Shown here: one piece after another, positions 1 to 11,200 of the stretch | Position numbering within the stretch: the stretch's first letter is position 1 | Layout: each line of letters starts with the position of its first letter | From: an uncultured Ignavibacteriota bacterium | GTDB lineage: Bacteria; Bacteroidota; Ignavibacteria; UBA10030; BY39 | Length of the DNA: 64,000 nucleotides | Direction: 5' to 3' | NCBI GenBank assembly: GCA_947085405.1 | Contig: CAMTWO010000013.1 | Location: 84,193 to 148,192 of the forward strand | Notes under the pieces: model-generated | Database searches by the model: none | Told to the model about the DNA's origin: nothing | What the model saw: the letters and a program-made list of their open reading frames with translations, nothing else | Position numbers and translations under genes: made by a program

Positions 1-1000
1 CTATACTGATCCAAAAACCGGTAAAAAATATCGCCGAGAAACTCACACAATGCCTCAATGGGCTGGTTCTTGTTGGTACTACCTCCGCTATTTAGATCCG
101 CAGAACAATATTGAACTTTGTTCTTCAGAAAAACAAAAATATTGGATGCCTGTTGATTTATATGTAGGTGGCGCCGAGCATGCTGTTCTCCATTTGCTAT
201 ACTCACGATTCTGGCACAAAACACTTTTCGATTTGGGTTATGTTTCGACGAAGGAACCATTCCAACGACTTGTAAATCAGGGACTGATTTTAGGCGAAGA
301 CGGTCAGAAAATGTCGAAATCAATGGGAAATGTTGTTAACCCTGATGATGTTGTAATTGAATATGGTGCCGATGCTCTACGATTATTTGAAATGTTTATG
401 GGTCCACTCGAAGATACTAAACCATGGTCAACAAAAGGTGTTGAGGGAGTTTTTCGTTTCTTGAATCGTGTTTGGAGGATGTTCGTTGATGAAGATGGAA
501 AAATAAACTCATCGATTCAAGATGTTCCATTGACTGTTGACCAAGAACGAATTTTGCATCAGACAATTAAGAAGGTAACCTCGGATATTGAGACGATGAA
601 TTTTAATACGGCAATTTCGCAGATGATGATTTTCGTGAACGAATTTTTAAATTTAGATGTAAAACCACTCGCTGCTCTGAAACCGTTCGTCTTGTTGCTG
701 TCGCCATTTGCTCCACATATCGCAGAAGAAATTTGGGAAAAACTTGGGTCAAAAAAATCATTGGCGTACGAGGCTTGGTCCAAATTCGATGAATCTAAAA
801 CTCGTGTGGATACAATTGAAATGGTTATTCAAGTTAGCGGAAAAATCAGAGCGAAACTGCCACTTTCTCTCGACACAGTTGAAGAAGATGTAAAGAAATT
901 AGCTTTCGAAAATGAATCGGTTAAAAAGCATCTTGAAGGTAAAACCATCGTCAAAACAATTTTCGTAAAGAATAAACTATTTAATATTGTAGTAAAATAG
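1..1000 (+). CDS. leuS: Leucyl-tRNA synthetase, C-terminal part; the gene starts upstream of the window
   Basis: The reading frame is open from the window start. The anticodon-binding and C-terminal domain motifs ([33 protein letters not shown]-type KMSKS) are typical of class I LeuRS. The stop codon is at 998-1000. Confidence 0.9.
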   Translation, partial: YTDPKTGKKYRRETHTMPQWAGSCWYYLRYLDPQNNIELCSSEKQKYWMPVDLYVGGAEHAVLHLLYSRFWHKTLFDLGYVSTKEPFQRLVNQGLILGEDGQKMSKSMGNVVNPDDVVIEYGADALRLFEMFMGPLEDTKPWSTKGVEGVFRFLNRVWRMFVDEDGKINSSIQDVPLTVDQERILHQTIKKVTSDIETMNFNTAISQMMIFVNEFLNLDVKPLAALKPFVLLLSPFAPHIAEEIWEKLGSKKSLAYEAWSKFDESKTRVDTIEMVIQVSGKIRAKLPLSLDTVEEDVKKLAFENESVKKHLEGKTIVKTIFVKNKLFNIVVK

Positions 1001-1813
1001 ATGAAACCCGATGCTTCGTTAATAATATCGGTTTATAATAAAATACGTGAATTCGAATTAGTTTTGGCAGGTATAAACCGACAAACTTATAAACGGTTTG
1101 AAATAATTATTGCTGACGACGGATCAGGGATTGAAATGAAGCAATTAATTGAAAATTACAGAAAAGATTTTCATTATGAGTTTAAACATATTTGGCAGGA
1201 GGATTCAGGATTTCGCAAAAATAAAATATTAAACGAAGCCATTAAGTCATCGACTTCTGAATATTTAATATTCATTGATGGCGATTGTATCCCTCATAAA
1301 AATTTTATTGAATCGCATATCGAAGAAAAAGAGCATAACTCAGTTCTTTGCGGAAGTCGCGTGATGCTCAGTAAAAATTTTTCAGACGCATTATCATCGG
1401 ATGAGGTTCAAAATGGTAAAGTAGAAAAATATAGTTTACGATTATTGTTGGATGCATTAAAGGGCAGAGCATCGCGTTTGGAAGATGGAATCCGAAACAG
1501 ATTATTACTGAATATTCATCGCAAGAAACAGGCAAGGATTTTGGGATCTAATTTTTCAATTGAGAAATCGTTGTTAGAAGAGATTAATGGTTTCGATGAG
1601 AGATATGAAGGACCTGGATTAGGGGAGGATAGTGATGTTGAATTTAGATTGAGTTTGCTTGGAGTTAAATTTAAATCTGTACGGAATTATGCTATCTTAT
1701 ATCACTTATACCATCAAAAAACGATGGAATTAACGGATAATTGGAAGATTTATAACGATACAAAACAGAGAAATTCCCCTGTATGTTTAAACGGTTTAGA
1801 AAATAAATGCTAA
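1001..1813 (+). CDS. Glycosyltransferase family 2
   Basis: 270 aa with an N-terminal GT-A fold signature (ISVYNK..IIIADDGSG, DGDCIPH). The ATG abuts the leuS stop. Confidence 0.8.
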   Translation: MKPDASLIISVYNKIREFELVLAGINRQTYKRFEIIIADDGSGIEMKQLIENYRKDFHYEFKHIWQEDSGFRKNKILNEAIKSSTSEYLIFIDGDCIPHKNFIESHIEEKEHNSVLCGSRVMLSKNFSDALSSDEVQNGKVEKYSLRLLLDALKGRASRLEDGIRNRLLLNIHRKKQARILGSNFSIEKSLLEEINGFDERYEGPGLGEDSDVEFRLSLLGVKFKSVRNYAILYHLYHQKTMELTDNWKIYNDTKQRNSPVCLNGLENKC

Positions 1814-2976
1814 AGCAAGAATCAATTATATCGATAGATAAAATAATTTGGTGGGGGATATTATTATTTCTTGCCTCATTAATCTTGTCGATTGCAATAG
1901 TACAAATTGTTTCTTTGCTGCTGATTGTTTTATGGTTTTTCAAACTTGTTAAAAATAAAAATTATACAATCGAAACTACACCGCTGGATATTCCGGTCTT
2001 ACTCTTCATCGTTTCGAGGTTATCAGGGATTCTATTTTCGATAAATTATGAAGTTAGTACACCGGCTCTATGGACAGAAATAATTTTTTATTTCTTATTC
2101 TTTTTCTTCACGAACAACATAAATATACGAGATGATTTTAAAAATAACGTAATGATAAAAGTGTTTGTAGTTGCAGGAGTCGCTGCTTCAATTATCGGAA
2201 TAACGAAATATGGTTTTGGTCTTGAAAGTCGTGCTTCGTCAACAACGTCAGGTTATTATACTTTCGGGATGTATGTTACGGTACTGATCGGAGTAATTTT
2301 AGCTCTAAACCAACAGAAGGAGATATTCCCGAAGAGATGGTTTTTCATCATTGCCATTACATTAACAATGATTGCTCTGATGTTTACTTTTAACCGGATA
2401 CATTGGCTTGCGACAGCGGTTCTTATTTTGGTGTATGGTATTTTCAAAAATCGACGTGTATTAATAGCGGCTGTTACTGCGGCTGGATTAATGCTGATAA
2501 TATTTCCAAGCGTTTTGCAGCGAGCCTCCACACTTTTGAATCCATTATCGCACACAAGTGAACGAGCAACACTCTGGCAAGGAGCTATTAAAATTTGGGA
2601 TGAGAAGATTATCTTTGGTTTCGGGCTTGATACTTTTACTTTAATATTTCCATTTAAAAATGACTTAATTGATAAAGGAATCAGTAACTGGCACAACGAT
2701 TTTTTGCAAATGTATATGGAATGCGGAGTTGTAGGTTTAATTATATTTATTTACCTTGCAGTTGTTATATTTTCTTCGATTATAAAAATTCTAAATACAA
2801 AACATATCAATAGTAATCTGAAAAATATCACATGGGGAATATTATTGGCAATGGTTGGTTTTTATGTGTCGACTATAGCTGGCGGTTTTTTATCGAACCC
2901 TATTATCTCGTTGCTGTTTATTTATTTACTTTCTATATTGGCATTGATCAGCAAGTATAGGTTATCGAATGGATAA
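1807..2976 (+). CDS. O-antigen ligase / Wzy-like polymerase family membrane protein
   Basis: 389 aa polytopic membrane protein. It has the Wzy_C-type motif (WHNDFLQMYMECGVVGL) in a periplasmic loop and overlaps the neighbouring GT2 genes on both sides. Confidence 0.7.
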   Translation: MLKQESIISIDKIIWWGILLFLASLILSIAIVQIVSLLLIVLWFFKLVKNKNYTIETTPLDIPVLLFIVSRLSGILFSINYEVSTPALWTEIIFYFLFFFFTNNINIRDDFKNNVMIKVFVVAGVAASIIGITKYGFGLESRASSTTSGYYTFGMYVTVLIGVILALNQQKEIFPKRWFFIIAITLTMIALMFTFNRIHWLATAVLILVYGIFKNRRVLIAAVTAAGLMLIIFPSVLQRASTLLNPLSHTSERATLWQGAIKIWDEKIIFGFGLDTFTLIFPFKNDLIDKGISNWHNDFLQMYMECGVVGLIIFIYLAVVIFSSIIKILNTKHINSNLKNITWGILLAMVGFYVSTIAGGFLSNPIISLLFIYLLSILALISKYRLSNG

Positions 2977-3751
2977 TAAATCAAAAATATCTGTGTGTGT
3001 AATATCGTTCAACGAGGAAAGAAATATCGAAGAATGCTTAAAATCCGTTGCATGGGCTGATGAAATTATTATGGTCGATTCGTTTAGCACAGATAGAACT
3101 ATTGAAATAGCAAAACAATACACATCCAAAATATTTTTGCAAGACTGGCAAGGCTACTCAGAAGCAAAAATTTATGCAGTACAGAATACCTCGAACGATT
3201 GGATATTATCAATAGATGCCGATGAGCGGGTTACACCGGAACTTAAAGCTGAAATCATAGCGGTAATTAATGATAGGAGTAAGCAATACACCGGATATAA
3301 AGTTGCCCGGCGAGCTTATTTTTTGGGCAAATGGATAAAACATTGTGGCTGGTATCCGGGATATGTAGTCCGGCTTTTCCGAAAAGATTCCGGAACTTTC
3401 AGCAAATCACGTGTTCACGAAAAAATTGAACTTGTTGGCGAAACCGGAACTTTAAAGAACGACCTGCTTCATTTTACCGACGATAATCTGTTACATTATT
3501 TTAACAAGTTTAATAAATATACCTCGCTAGCCGCCGACGATTTAAAAGAAAAAGGAACAGACTTTCGAGTTTGGCATTTATTTATTAAACCTGTTTATAC
3601 CTTCTTCAAGATGTTTATTTTAAGACGGGGCTTTTTAGATGGCTTGCACGGTTTTGTATTGTCCGTACTCTCGTCAGCTTATGTCTTTACTAAATATGCA
3701 AAATTGTGGGAACATAAATTATCAAAAAATAATAAAAAGGAATTATTATGA
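2969..3751 (+). CDS. Glycosyltransferase family 2 (LPS core/WaaE-like)
   Basis: 260 aa with a GT2 N-terminus (ISVCVISFNEERNIEECLKSV, DADE motif). Confidence 0.8.
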   Translation: MDNKSKISVCVISFNEERNIEECLKSVAWADEIIMVDSFSTDRTIEIAKQYTSKIFLQDWQGYSEAKIYAVQNTSNDWILSIDADERVTPELKAEIIAVINDRSKQYTGYKVARRAYFLGKWIKHCGWYPGYVVRLFRKDSGTFSKSRVHEKIELVGETGTLKNDLLHFTDDNLLHYFNKFNKYTSLAADDLKEKGTDFRVWHLFIKPVYTFFKMFILRRGFLDGLHGFVLSVLSSAYVFTKYAKLWEHKLSKNNKKELL

Positions 3752-4026
3752 GTCAACTTGAAAAAAATGAAATATTGCTAACACATGTAGTTCTGATGTT
3801 TCAAACAGCAGCCCTTCAACAGATGGGAAAATTGAAAAATCCGATAACTGATAAAGTAGAAAAAAACCTCGATATGGCACAGACCTCGATTGATATTTTA
3901 GATATGTTATTCCAAAAAATGAAAAATAATCTTTCAGAAAATGAGAACCGGATGTTTGTTGAAGTGCTGAAAGAATTAAAATTAAATTACGTCGACGAAG
4001 TTGCTAAAGAACCAAAAGTAAACTAA
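3748..4026 (+). CDS. DUF1844-like small conserved protein
   Basis: 92 aa. The pattern of a long helix followed by LKLNYV resembles the DUF1844 family common in FCB genomes. Its start overlaps the upstream stop by 4 bp. Confidence 0.5.
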   Translation: MSQLEKNEILLTHVVLMFQTAALQQMGKLKNPITDKVEKNLDMAQTSIDILDMLFQKMKNNLSENENRMFVEVLKELKLNYVDEVAKEPKVN

Positions 4027-4043
4027 TACATAAAGGATCAACA

Positions 4044-4922
4044 ATGAAATTTGGAATTATCGGTAATATTCATAAACCAACTTTACCCGAAGTTGTTATC
4101 GATTTGATTTCATATTTTCGTGAAAAGAAAATCGATTTTGTTGTGAGTGATGATGTAGTTGCATTACTTGGTAAGCTCAAACGATATAATTTTAAAGAAA
4201 GTAATGTTGCATCATCAAAAGCACTGGCGGCTAAATGCGATGTTTTGATTGCATTTGGCGGCGACGGAACTATGCTCGCTGCGGCGCGGATTGTCGGCAA
4301 ACATCAAACTCCGATTCTCGGAATTAATTTAGGAAAACTTGGTTTCCTTGCCGACGTTACAATAACAGAAATGAAAAATAGTATTCAATCGATTATCGAT
4401 CATAATTATCTGATCGAAAACCGTATAGTATTAGAAGCATCTTCAAATGTAAAGAAGAAAAAATATTATGGGTTGAATGATATTGTGATTGATAGAGGAA
4501 ATTATAAACGGGTTATCGAGTTGGAAACTTATGTTAATGGACAATTTTTAGTTCGATACTCTGCCGATGGATTGATAATCACAACGCCAACCGGTTCCAC
4601 GGCTTACTCGCTTGCAGCGGGAGGTCCGGTTGTAACTCCCGGCACTGATGTCTTCGTAATTACTCCGATCGCTGCACATACATTAACTGCAAGGCCAGTT
4701 GTTGTGCCGGATAATAGTATTATAAAAGTAATTGTAAAAACCGATGTCCCAATCCATCTATCTGCTGATGGGCAGGAAGAAGCATTTTTCAAAACCCCCG
4801 TCGAGTTTATCATTCGCAGAGCCAGCTATCAGGTAAAGTTGATCAAGAGAAAAGAACATTCGTATTTCGAACTACTGCGTACAAAATTACTTTGGGGAAG
4901 AGATATCAGAACAGGTAAATAA
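4044..4922 (+). CDS. nadK: NAD+ kinase
   Basis: 292 aa with a GGDGTML motif and the NAD kinase C-terminal beta-sandwich pattern (ADGLIITTPTGSTAYSLAAGGP). Confidence 0.9.
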   Translation: MKFGIIGNIHKPTLPEVVIDLISYFREKKIDFVVSDDVVALLGKLKRYNFKESNVASSKALAAKCDVLIAFGGDGTMLAAARIVGKHQTPILGINLGKLGFLADVTITEMKNSIQSIIDHNYLIENRIVLEASSNVKKKKYYGLNDIVIDRGNYKRVIELETYVNGQFLVRYSADGLIITTPTGSTAYSLAAGGPVVTPGTDVFVITPIAAHTLTARPVVVPDNSIIKVIVKTDVPIHLSADGQEEAFFKTPVEFIIRRASYQVKLIKRKEHSYFELLRTKLLWGRDIRTGK

Positions 4923-4924
4923 AA

Positions 4925-6277
4925 ATGTCGAAAACACATCTGAAATATGTTTGCCAATCGTGTGGGTACGAATCGCCACGTTGGCTTGGAAAATGCCCGA
5001 ATTGCGAGGGATGGAACACTTTTGTTGAAGAGATTTTCAAGACCTCAAGGGGTATAAAAAGTTCAAAGAAAGAAAAGTTTGACGTTGTACCTCTCTCCGG
5101 TGTGGAAACCGCAGAAGAACCCAGAATTATAACCACGTTGAACGAGTTCAACAGGGTGTTAGGTGGCGGTATCGTGCCCGGCTCGGTAACTTTAATCGGT
5201 GGCGATCCGGGTATCGGAAAATCAACACTGATGCTGCAGATTGCTGATAGTATCGGCGATAAAATTATTCTTTATGTAACAGGAGAAGAATCGCTGCAAC
5301 AGTTAAAACTTCGGTCGGAACGTCTCAAGGTGCAATCTGCGGATTCTATTTTTCCGATGGCTGAAACCGACCTCGAAAAAGTTGTGAATGTTGTAGCAAA
5401 CCAAAAACCTGATGTTCTCATTGTTGATTCGATTCAAACAATGTATCGAAGCGAGTTGGAAAGTTCTCCCGGGAGTGTTGGTCAAGTTCGTGAATGCACG
5501 GCAATGTTACAGCGTATGGCAAAGGGGAGTAATATCCCAATATTTTTAATCGGTCACGTTACGAAGGAAGGAATAATTGCCGGACCAAAAGTAATAGAGC
5601 ACATGGTGGACACTGTTTTACAATTCGAAGGGGAGCGACATCATGCTTATAGAATTTTAAGGTGTATCAAGAACCGGTTTGGCTCCACGAACGAAATCGG
5701 TATTTTTGAAATGCACGATACCGGATTGTGCGAAGTAAAAAATCCATCGGAAGTATTTTTATCGGAAAGGATATTTGGCGCATCCGGCTCAACCGTTGTC
5801 GCAAGTATCGAAGGAACGCGTCCGCTGTTGATCGAAGTGCAAGCTCTTGTTTCGCCAACGAATTATGGAATGCCTCAACGCAATACAACGGGTATCGATT
5901 ACCGGAGGTTGGGATTGCTATTAGCTGTGCTCGAAAAACGGGTAGGTGTTCAACTTTCAAATCATGATGTTTTTGTGAATATCGCAGGCGGTTTACGAAC
6001 AGATGAACCTGCGGTTGACCTTGGTATCGCTGCTTCGATTGTTTCGAGTTTACGTGACATACCGGTTGATTCAAAAACGATAGCCGTTGGAGAAGTCGGA
6101 TTGGGTGGTGAGATACGAACTGTCAGCCAACCCGAACGAAGAATCCAGGAAGCTGATAAATTAGGATTCAACAAAATTATCATTCCTAAAAATAATATGA
6201 AAAATTTTTATAAAAATTCTAACCTCGAGATCATTGGTGTAGAGACGATCAACGATGCATTGGAAATATTGCTTTAA
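4925..6277 (+). CDS. radA: DNA repair protein RadA/Sms
   Basis: 450 aa with an N-terminal C4 zinc finger (CQSCGYESPRWLGKCPNCEGW), a Walker A motif (GGDPGIGKST), the KNRFG motif, and a Lon-like C-terminal domain. Confidence 0.95.
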   Translation: MSKTHLKYVCQSCGYESPRWLGKCPNCEGWNTFVEEIFKTSRGIKSSKKEKFDVVPLSGVETAEEPRIITTLNEFNRVLGGGIVPGSVTLIGGDPGIGKSTLMLQIADSIGDKIILYVTGEESLQQLKLRSERLKVQSADSIFPMAETDLEKVVNVVANQKPDVLIVDSIQTMYRSELESSPGSVGQVRECTAMLQRMAKGSNIPIFLIGHVTKEGIIAGPKVIEHMVDTVLQFEGERHHAYRILRCIKNRFGSTNEIGIFEMHDTGLCEVKNPSEVFLSERIFGASGSTVVASIEGTRPLLIEVQALVSPTNYGMPQRNTTGIDYRRLGLLLAVLEKRVGVQLSNHDVFVNIAGGLRTDEPAVDLGIAASIVSSLRDIPVDSKTIAVGEVGLGGEIRTVSQPERRIQEADKLGFNKIIIPKNNMKNFYKNSNLEIIGVETINDALEILL

Positions 6278-6280
6278 GTT

Positions 6281-6871
6281 ATGAAATCATTAGTTGTTGC
6301 AAGTAATAACGAAGGAAAGTTGCGGGAGATTAAAGAGATATTATCTGATCTTAATCTTGATTTGAAAAGTTTAAAAGATTATCCGGAGATTCCTGAAATT
6401 ATAGAAGATGGGAAGACATTTGAAGAGAATGCGCTCAAAAAAGCACGCGAAGCTTTTAGTATTTTGCAAGTGCCGGTTTTGGCCGACGATTCCGGATTGG
6501 AAGTTCATGCACTAAATATGCAACCGGGAGTTTACTCAGCACGTTTTGCCGGTGAACCGAAGGACTATCAGAAGAATAATCAAAAACTTTTGAAGTTTTT
6601 GGAAAATTATCATGATGATGAAAGGAAAGCTCGATTCCGTTGTGTTGTTGTATTTAAAACTTTTGAAACCGAACACATTGTCGAAGGATTTTGCACAGGG
6701 AGGATAATTAATGAATTACGAGGTAGTGGAGGTTTTGGGTATGACCCGCTTTTTATACCTGATGGTTATCAGCAAACTTTTGCTGAATTATCACAAGAGG
6801 TTAAGAATTCAATAAGCCACAGGGGGCGTGCATTCATTCTAATAAAACCAATTATCAAAAATTATACTTGA
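6281..6871 (+). CDS. rdgB: Non-canonical purine NTP pyrophosphatase (RdgB/Ham1 family)
   Basis: 196 aa with the Ham1 signatures (SNNEGKLRE, DDSGLEV, FGYDPLF). Confidence 0.9.
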   Translation: MKSLVVASNNEGKLREIKEILSDLNLDLKSLKDYPEIPEIIEDGKTFEENALKKAREAFSILQVPVLADDSGLEVHALNMQPGVYSARFAGEPKDYQKNNQKLLKFLENYHDDERKARFRCVVVFKTFETEHIVEGFCTGRIINELRGSGGFGYDPLFIPDGYQQTFAELSQEVKNSISHRGRAFILIKPIIKNYT

Positions 6872-6932
6872 TAATGTAAGTCGAGATTGTTATCTTATAC
6901 CATATTTTTAACGAATTATGATATGGTAACTT

Positions 6933-7790
6933 TTGCTATTTAAAAAAAATAAAACAAAAGTCGAGTGGGAAATCAATTTTTTACACCCAATTTGGCGTGT
7001 ATTTCCCAATCATCAAAATTACATTACCGTTGAAGTCAGGAACGTTATCGACAAGGTGGTTTCTTTTCATTGTCTCGATGCGCTTACCGGACTATCCAAG
7101 TGGGATAATATTAACCTATCCGAAACCTGGTGGATTGGTATTGAGGGGATTTTCGGTGATGTTGTAATTTTACATGAGTATGAGAGACCCGATTTACCAG
7201 CTCACAAAAATATTATTGCGGTCGATATTAATACCGGTAAAACTTTATGGAGCAACGACGAATTGATTTTTGTATCATCCGGCGACAATATTTTAATTGC
7301 ATCAAGAAATAGTTTCGCTGCTACACAAAAATTAAAACTTAATCTCTTAACCGGCGAAACCCTGTGTGAGTTAAACGATAGTGCATATAAAAGCACAATC
7401 AATGATATAAAAATTAATGAGCGACTCTATTATCAAACACCTTTCGAATTTTCGATAAATGAGTTACCGAATGAAATTACTCATAGATTTATAAAAAAAC
7501 AAAATAAAAACGATGATATAGCAGACCCTGTAGAAGTATTCACAGATGCTGAGAATGATGTAAATGTAATAGGATATAGCAGAAAGGTTCTCAATGAGAA
7601 CTCAACACCAATGTATGATGAGTTCATTTATGTTTTAAGTAATAAAAATACAATTCTTTATAAAGATAAAATAGTATCATCGGTGAATATGCCGGTTATT
7701 CCAAAATATTTTGTAAAAGAAAATTTTCTGTATCACATAAAAGACAAAACCATATTAAAAGCGGTAAAGTTATATGAGAGTAATATCTGA
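6933..7790 (+). CDS. Conserved hypothetical protein, possibly a DUF4905-like beta-propeller protein
   Basis: 285 aa ORF with no recognisable catalytic motif. The family assignment is tentative. Confidence 0.45.
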   Translation: MLFKKNKTKVEWEINFLHPIWRVFPNHQNYITVEVRNVIDKVVSFHCLDALTGLSKWDNINLSETWWIGIEGIFGDVVILHEYERPDLPAHKNIIAVDINTGKTLWSNDELIFVSSGDNILIASRNSFAATQKLKLNLLTGETLCELNDSAYKSTINDIKINERLYYQTPFEFSINELPNEITHRFIKKQNKNDDIADPVEVFTDAENDVNVIGYSRKVLNENSTPMYDEFIYVLSNKNTILYKDKIVSSVNMPVIPKYFVKENFLYHIKDKTILKAVKLYESNI

Positions 7791-8193
7791 AAATATTGAA
7801 ATACCGACAAAAGGGAATACTGATATTATTAACATTTCAGAAAAGATAAATTCTATCGTTACTAAATCCGGTATCAAGGATGGTATAGTTAATTTATTTG
7901 TTGTTGGCTCAACTGCCGGTTTAAGTACTATGGAATATGAGCCCGGTTTACTAAAAGATTTACCTGAAACATTCGAAAAAATAGCCTCAGCGAAGCACCG
8001 ATACCATCACGACGATACCTGGCAGGACGGAAATGGGTACGCTCATGTACGATCGACACTGCTTGGAACATCGTTAACAATTCCGATAGAAGATGGGGCG
8101 ACTCAGTTAGGCGTATGGCAGCAAGTAGTGCTAATCGATTTTGACAATCGTTCCCGCCAACGTAAAATAATTTGCAAAATATTAGGAGTTTAA
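7774..8193 (+). CDS. yjbQ: YjbQ/UPF0047 family protein (secondary thiamine-phosphate synthase-like)
   Basis: 139 aa with the UPF0047 signature (GIVNLFVVGSTAGL...HDDTWQDGNGYAHVRSTLLG...LGVWQQVVLIDFD). Confidence 0.8.
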   Translation: MRVISENIEIPTKGNTDIINISEKINSIVTKSGIKDGIVNLFVVGSTAGLSTMEYEPGLLKDLPETFEKIASAKHRYHHDDTWQDGNGYAHVRSTLLGTSLTIPIEDGATQLGVWQQVVLIDFDNRSRQRKIICKILGV

Positions 8194-8199
8194 ATTTTA

Positions 8200-9117
8200 A
8201 TGGTAAATAGAATACATATAAAACAAATTGACGCATTTACAACAACTCCTTTTGAAGGAAACCCGGCAGCCGTAGTAAACGATGCAAGTAAACTTGATTC
8301 AAGGCAAATGCAAAGTATTGCACGTGAAATGAATCTTTCGGAGACAGCATTCGTTTTACCTCCGACTGTTCAGGGAGCCGATTTACAGCTACGCTGGTTT
8401 ACTCCTCTCATTGAAGTACCCCTTTGCGGACATGCAACAATTGCGGCTTTTCATTCGCTTGCTGAAGATGGTTTGTACGGGATGGAAGAGCACGGAACTT
8501 ATAAATTCCAGGTTGAAACAAAATCAGGAATTCTTCCCGTCGAAGTTATAAAATCGGAAGAAAAAATTGGTATAAATTTGGGTTTAATCGTTCCGACTAA
8601 ATTCGAGCGCTATCAAGCCCAAAAATTAGATATTATTAGAATATTAAATCTTAATATTAGCGATGTAGATCCTAAAATATTAATTCTTCGCTCCGAGTAT
8701 CTGATTGTACCGATAAGAAGGTTGCATGTTTTATATAGCATTAAGCCAAATTATTTTGCCGTAACTAATTTCTTAAATCAACGAAATTTGCAGGGGATCT
8801 GTGTATTTACGCAAGAAACGATTGACCGGGAATCGTTGGTACATTTACGATTTTTTGCCCCAAACGAAGGAATACAGGAAGACCCGGTAACCGGTTCGGC
8901 ACACGGACCGCTGGCAGTTTTTCTTTTTGAAAATAATTTGTTAGCACCCGTGAATGGTGTGGCTACCTATATTGCTGAGCAGGGAGATGTCCTTGGAAGA
9001 AAAGGACGAATAAATGTTACTTTGTCAGTAGAAAATAATAAAGTCCAATCGATAAAAATCGGTGGTTTTGCAGTAACTGTCTTCGAGACCGATATACTTA
9101 TTCCAAATAAACAATAG
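8200..9117 (+). CDS. PhzF-family isomerase (phenazine biosynthesis-like protein)
   Basis: 305 aa with the PhzF N-terminal motif (IDAFTTTPFEGNPAAVV) and the two-domain DAP-epimerase-like fold pattern. Confidence 0.85.
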   Translation: MVNRIHIKQIDAFTTTPFEGNPAAVVNDASKLDSRQMQSIAREMNLSETAFVLPPTVQGADLQLRWFTPLIEVPLCGHATIAAFHSLAEDGLYGMEEHGTYKFQVETKSGILPVEVIKSEEKIGINLGLIVPTKFERYQAQKLDIIRILNLNISDVDPKILILRSEYLIVPIRRLHVLYSIKPNYFAVTNFLNQRNLQGICVFTQETIDRESLVHLRFFAPNEGIQEDPVTGSAHGPLAVFLFENNLLAPVNGVATYIAEQGDVLGRKGRINVTLSVENNKVQSIKIGGFAVTVFETDILIPNKQ

Positions 9118-9126
9118 AAATAATAT

Positions 9127-11136
9127 ATGACTACACAAAATATTGTATTCATTTTTGTTTTAATAATTTCGATTTCTTTTTTCATTTATAATGTGAGAAG
9201 ATTAATCTCGTATTTAAAATTAGGGCGTGCAGAGTATCGAACTGACAAACCGTTTCAACGACTCAAGCGAGTATTAGTAGTTGCTTTTGGTCAAACTAAA
9301 CTACTCCGAGAACCATTAGCGGGCTTAATGCACTTTTTTATTTTCTGGGGTTTTGTAGTTTTGTTCAGTGCAATTATCGAATCTATTGGCGAGGGATTTT
9401 ATTCCGAATTTTCATTCTCGTTTTTAGGACCGATTCATTCGCCGCTAATTTTATTACAGGAATTATTTGCTCTTTTGGTCGTTGTATCCATCTTATATGC
9501 TTTCTTTCGCCGTATCGTTTTGAGACCAAAACGTTTCGATAATCATTCATCAGCAGAAGCTTACTTCATTTTAACAATGATTCTGTTTATTATGCTTTCG
9601 ATGTACGGGCAAAGTGCAACAAAAATGTTGATGCACCAATCAGTTTCATCCGCTAATATTGTTTCAGCTAACTTAGTGCCTCTCTTTTATTCATTTGGAA
9701 TCGAAACGCTGACAGTATTTTATCATATCTTTTGGTGGATACACGTCGGTTTGGTTCTTTTATTTCTAAATTATCTTCCTTATTCCAAGCATTTACACGT
9801 TTTAACTTCTATACCTAATGTTTATTTTTCTAAGTTGACACCAAAGGGAACACTTAAAACAATAAATTTAAGCGACGATACATTAACAAAATTCGGTGCT
9901 TCAGATGTTGAAGATTTTACCTGGAAACAACTTTTAGATAGTTACACTTGTACTGAATGCGGCAGATGTGTTGCGGTATGTCCTGCTAACATAACAGGGA
10001 AACCGTTATCGCCACGTAAAATATTCGAAGATATGCGCCACCGTATTTATGAAAAAGGTGCTGCACTTCCTAAAAACATTAGATCGGAAAATTCAGGGGA
10101 ATCACAACCTGCACAGAAACATGTACTAAAAAATAAATTAGTGGACGACTATATCACCGAAGATGAATTATGGGCATGCACAACCTGTATGGCTTGTATG
10201 GAAGAATGTCCCGTGATGATCGAGCATGTCGATTCGATTATCGAAATGAGGCGATATTTGGTGTTGAACGAGTCGCGTTTTCCAAAAGAATTGCAAGTTA
10301 CTTTTCAAAATCTCGAACGAAATTATACTCCATGGGCATTCAGTTCTGCCTCAAGGGCTGACTGGGCTGAAGGTTTGGATGTTCCTGTGATTTCGCAAAC
10401 TCAGGATGCTGAAATATTGTTCTGGGTGGGTTGTGCTGGTGCATTCGATGAGCGGGCAAAAAAAGTTACACGAGCAATTGTGAAAATATTGCAGAAAGCC
10501 GATGTGAAATTTGCAATCTTGGGCAACGAAGAAAAATGTACCGGCGACTCAGCACGCAGGGCAGGCAACGAATATCTTGCCCAAATGCTCATCAACGAGA
10601 ATGTAACTACGCTGAATAAATACAACATCCGTAAAATTGTAACCGCCTGTCCGCACTGCCTAAATGCGCTTAAGAATGAATATCCTCAGTTTGGTGGTAA
10701 TTATGAAGTTATCCACCACACCGATTTTATTTTAAATCTGATAAAAAATAAGAAAATTCGCGTGTCGGCAAATGTTTCCCAGAAAATTACCTACCACGAT
10801 TCGTGTTACTTAGGGAGGTATAATGATGTGTACGATTCGCCACGCGAGGTTATCGAAAATATAACGGGGGATAAATGTTTGGAAATGAAAAGGTCGAAAG
10901 ACAAAGGATTCTGCTGCGGAGCCGGAGGATCAAGAATGTTCATGGAAGAGAATATCGGGAAACGGGTAAACCTCGAACGGACTGAAGAAGCACTCGCACT
11001 CAACCCGGATGTTATTGGCACAGCTTGTCCTTTCTGTTTAACTATGCTCACCGACGGCGTGAAAGACAAGGAAGCTGGCGATAGAGTATCAGTGAAAGAT
11101 ATTGCAGAATTAGTAGCTGAAGCGCTTGAAAATTGA
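9127..11136 (+). CDS. Membrane-anchored Fe-S oxidoreductase, HdrD/GlpC/DsrK-like, with a NarI-like N-terminal membrane domain and two CCG domains
   Basis: 669 aa with roughly six N-terminal transmembrane helices and two 4Fe-4S ferredoxin motifs (CTECGRCVAVCP, CTTCMACMEECP). Two cysteine-rich CCG-type domains are present (CPHCLNALK...DSCYLGR, FCCGAGG...CPFCL). Confidence 0.75.
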   Translation: MTTQNIVFIFVLIISISFFIYNVRRLISYLKLGRAEYRTDKPFQRLKRVLVVAFGQTKLLREPLAGLMHFFIFWGFVVLFSAIIESIGEGFYSEFSFSFLGPIHSPLILLQELFALLVVVSILYAFFRRIVLRPKRFDNHSSAEAYFILTMILFIMLSMYGQSATKMLMHQSVSSANIVSANLVPLFYSFGIETLTVFYHIFWWIHVGLVLLFLNYLPYSKHLHVLTSIPNVYFSKLTPKGTLKTINLSDDTLTKFGASDVEDFTWKQLLDSYTCTECGRCVAVCPANITGKPLSPRKIFEDMRHRIYEKGAALPKNIRSENSGESQPAQKHVLKNKLVDDYITEDELWACTTCMACMEECPVMIEHVDSIIEMRRYLVLNESRFPKELQVTFQNLERNYTPWAFSSASRADWAEGLDVPVISQTQDAEILFWVGCAGAFDERAKKVTRAIVKILQKADVKFAILGNEEKCTGDSARRAGNEYLAQMLINENVTTLNKYNIRKIVTACPHCLNALKNEYPQFGGNYEVIHHTDFILNLIKNKKIRVSANVSQKITYHDSCYLGRYNDVYDSPREVIENITGDKCLEMKRSKDKGFCCGAGGSRMFMEENIGKRVNLERTEEALALNPDVIGTACPFCLTMLTDGVKDKEAGDRVSVKDIAELVAEALEN

Positions 11137-11200
11137 GATAAACTTCCGATTATAGACCGAGTTTTAGTTCTGAAAAAATCGGAAGTTTGCGTGTGGTTCG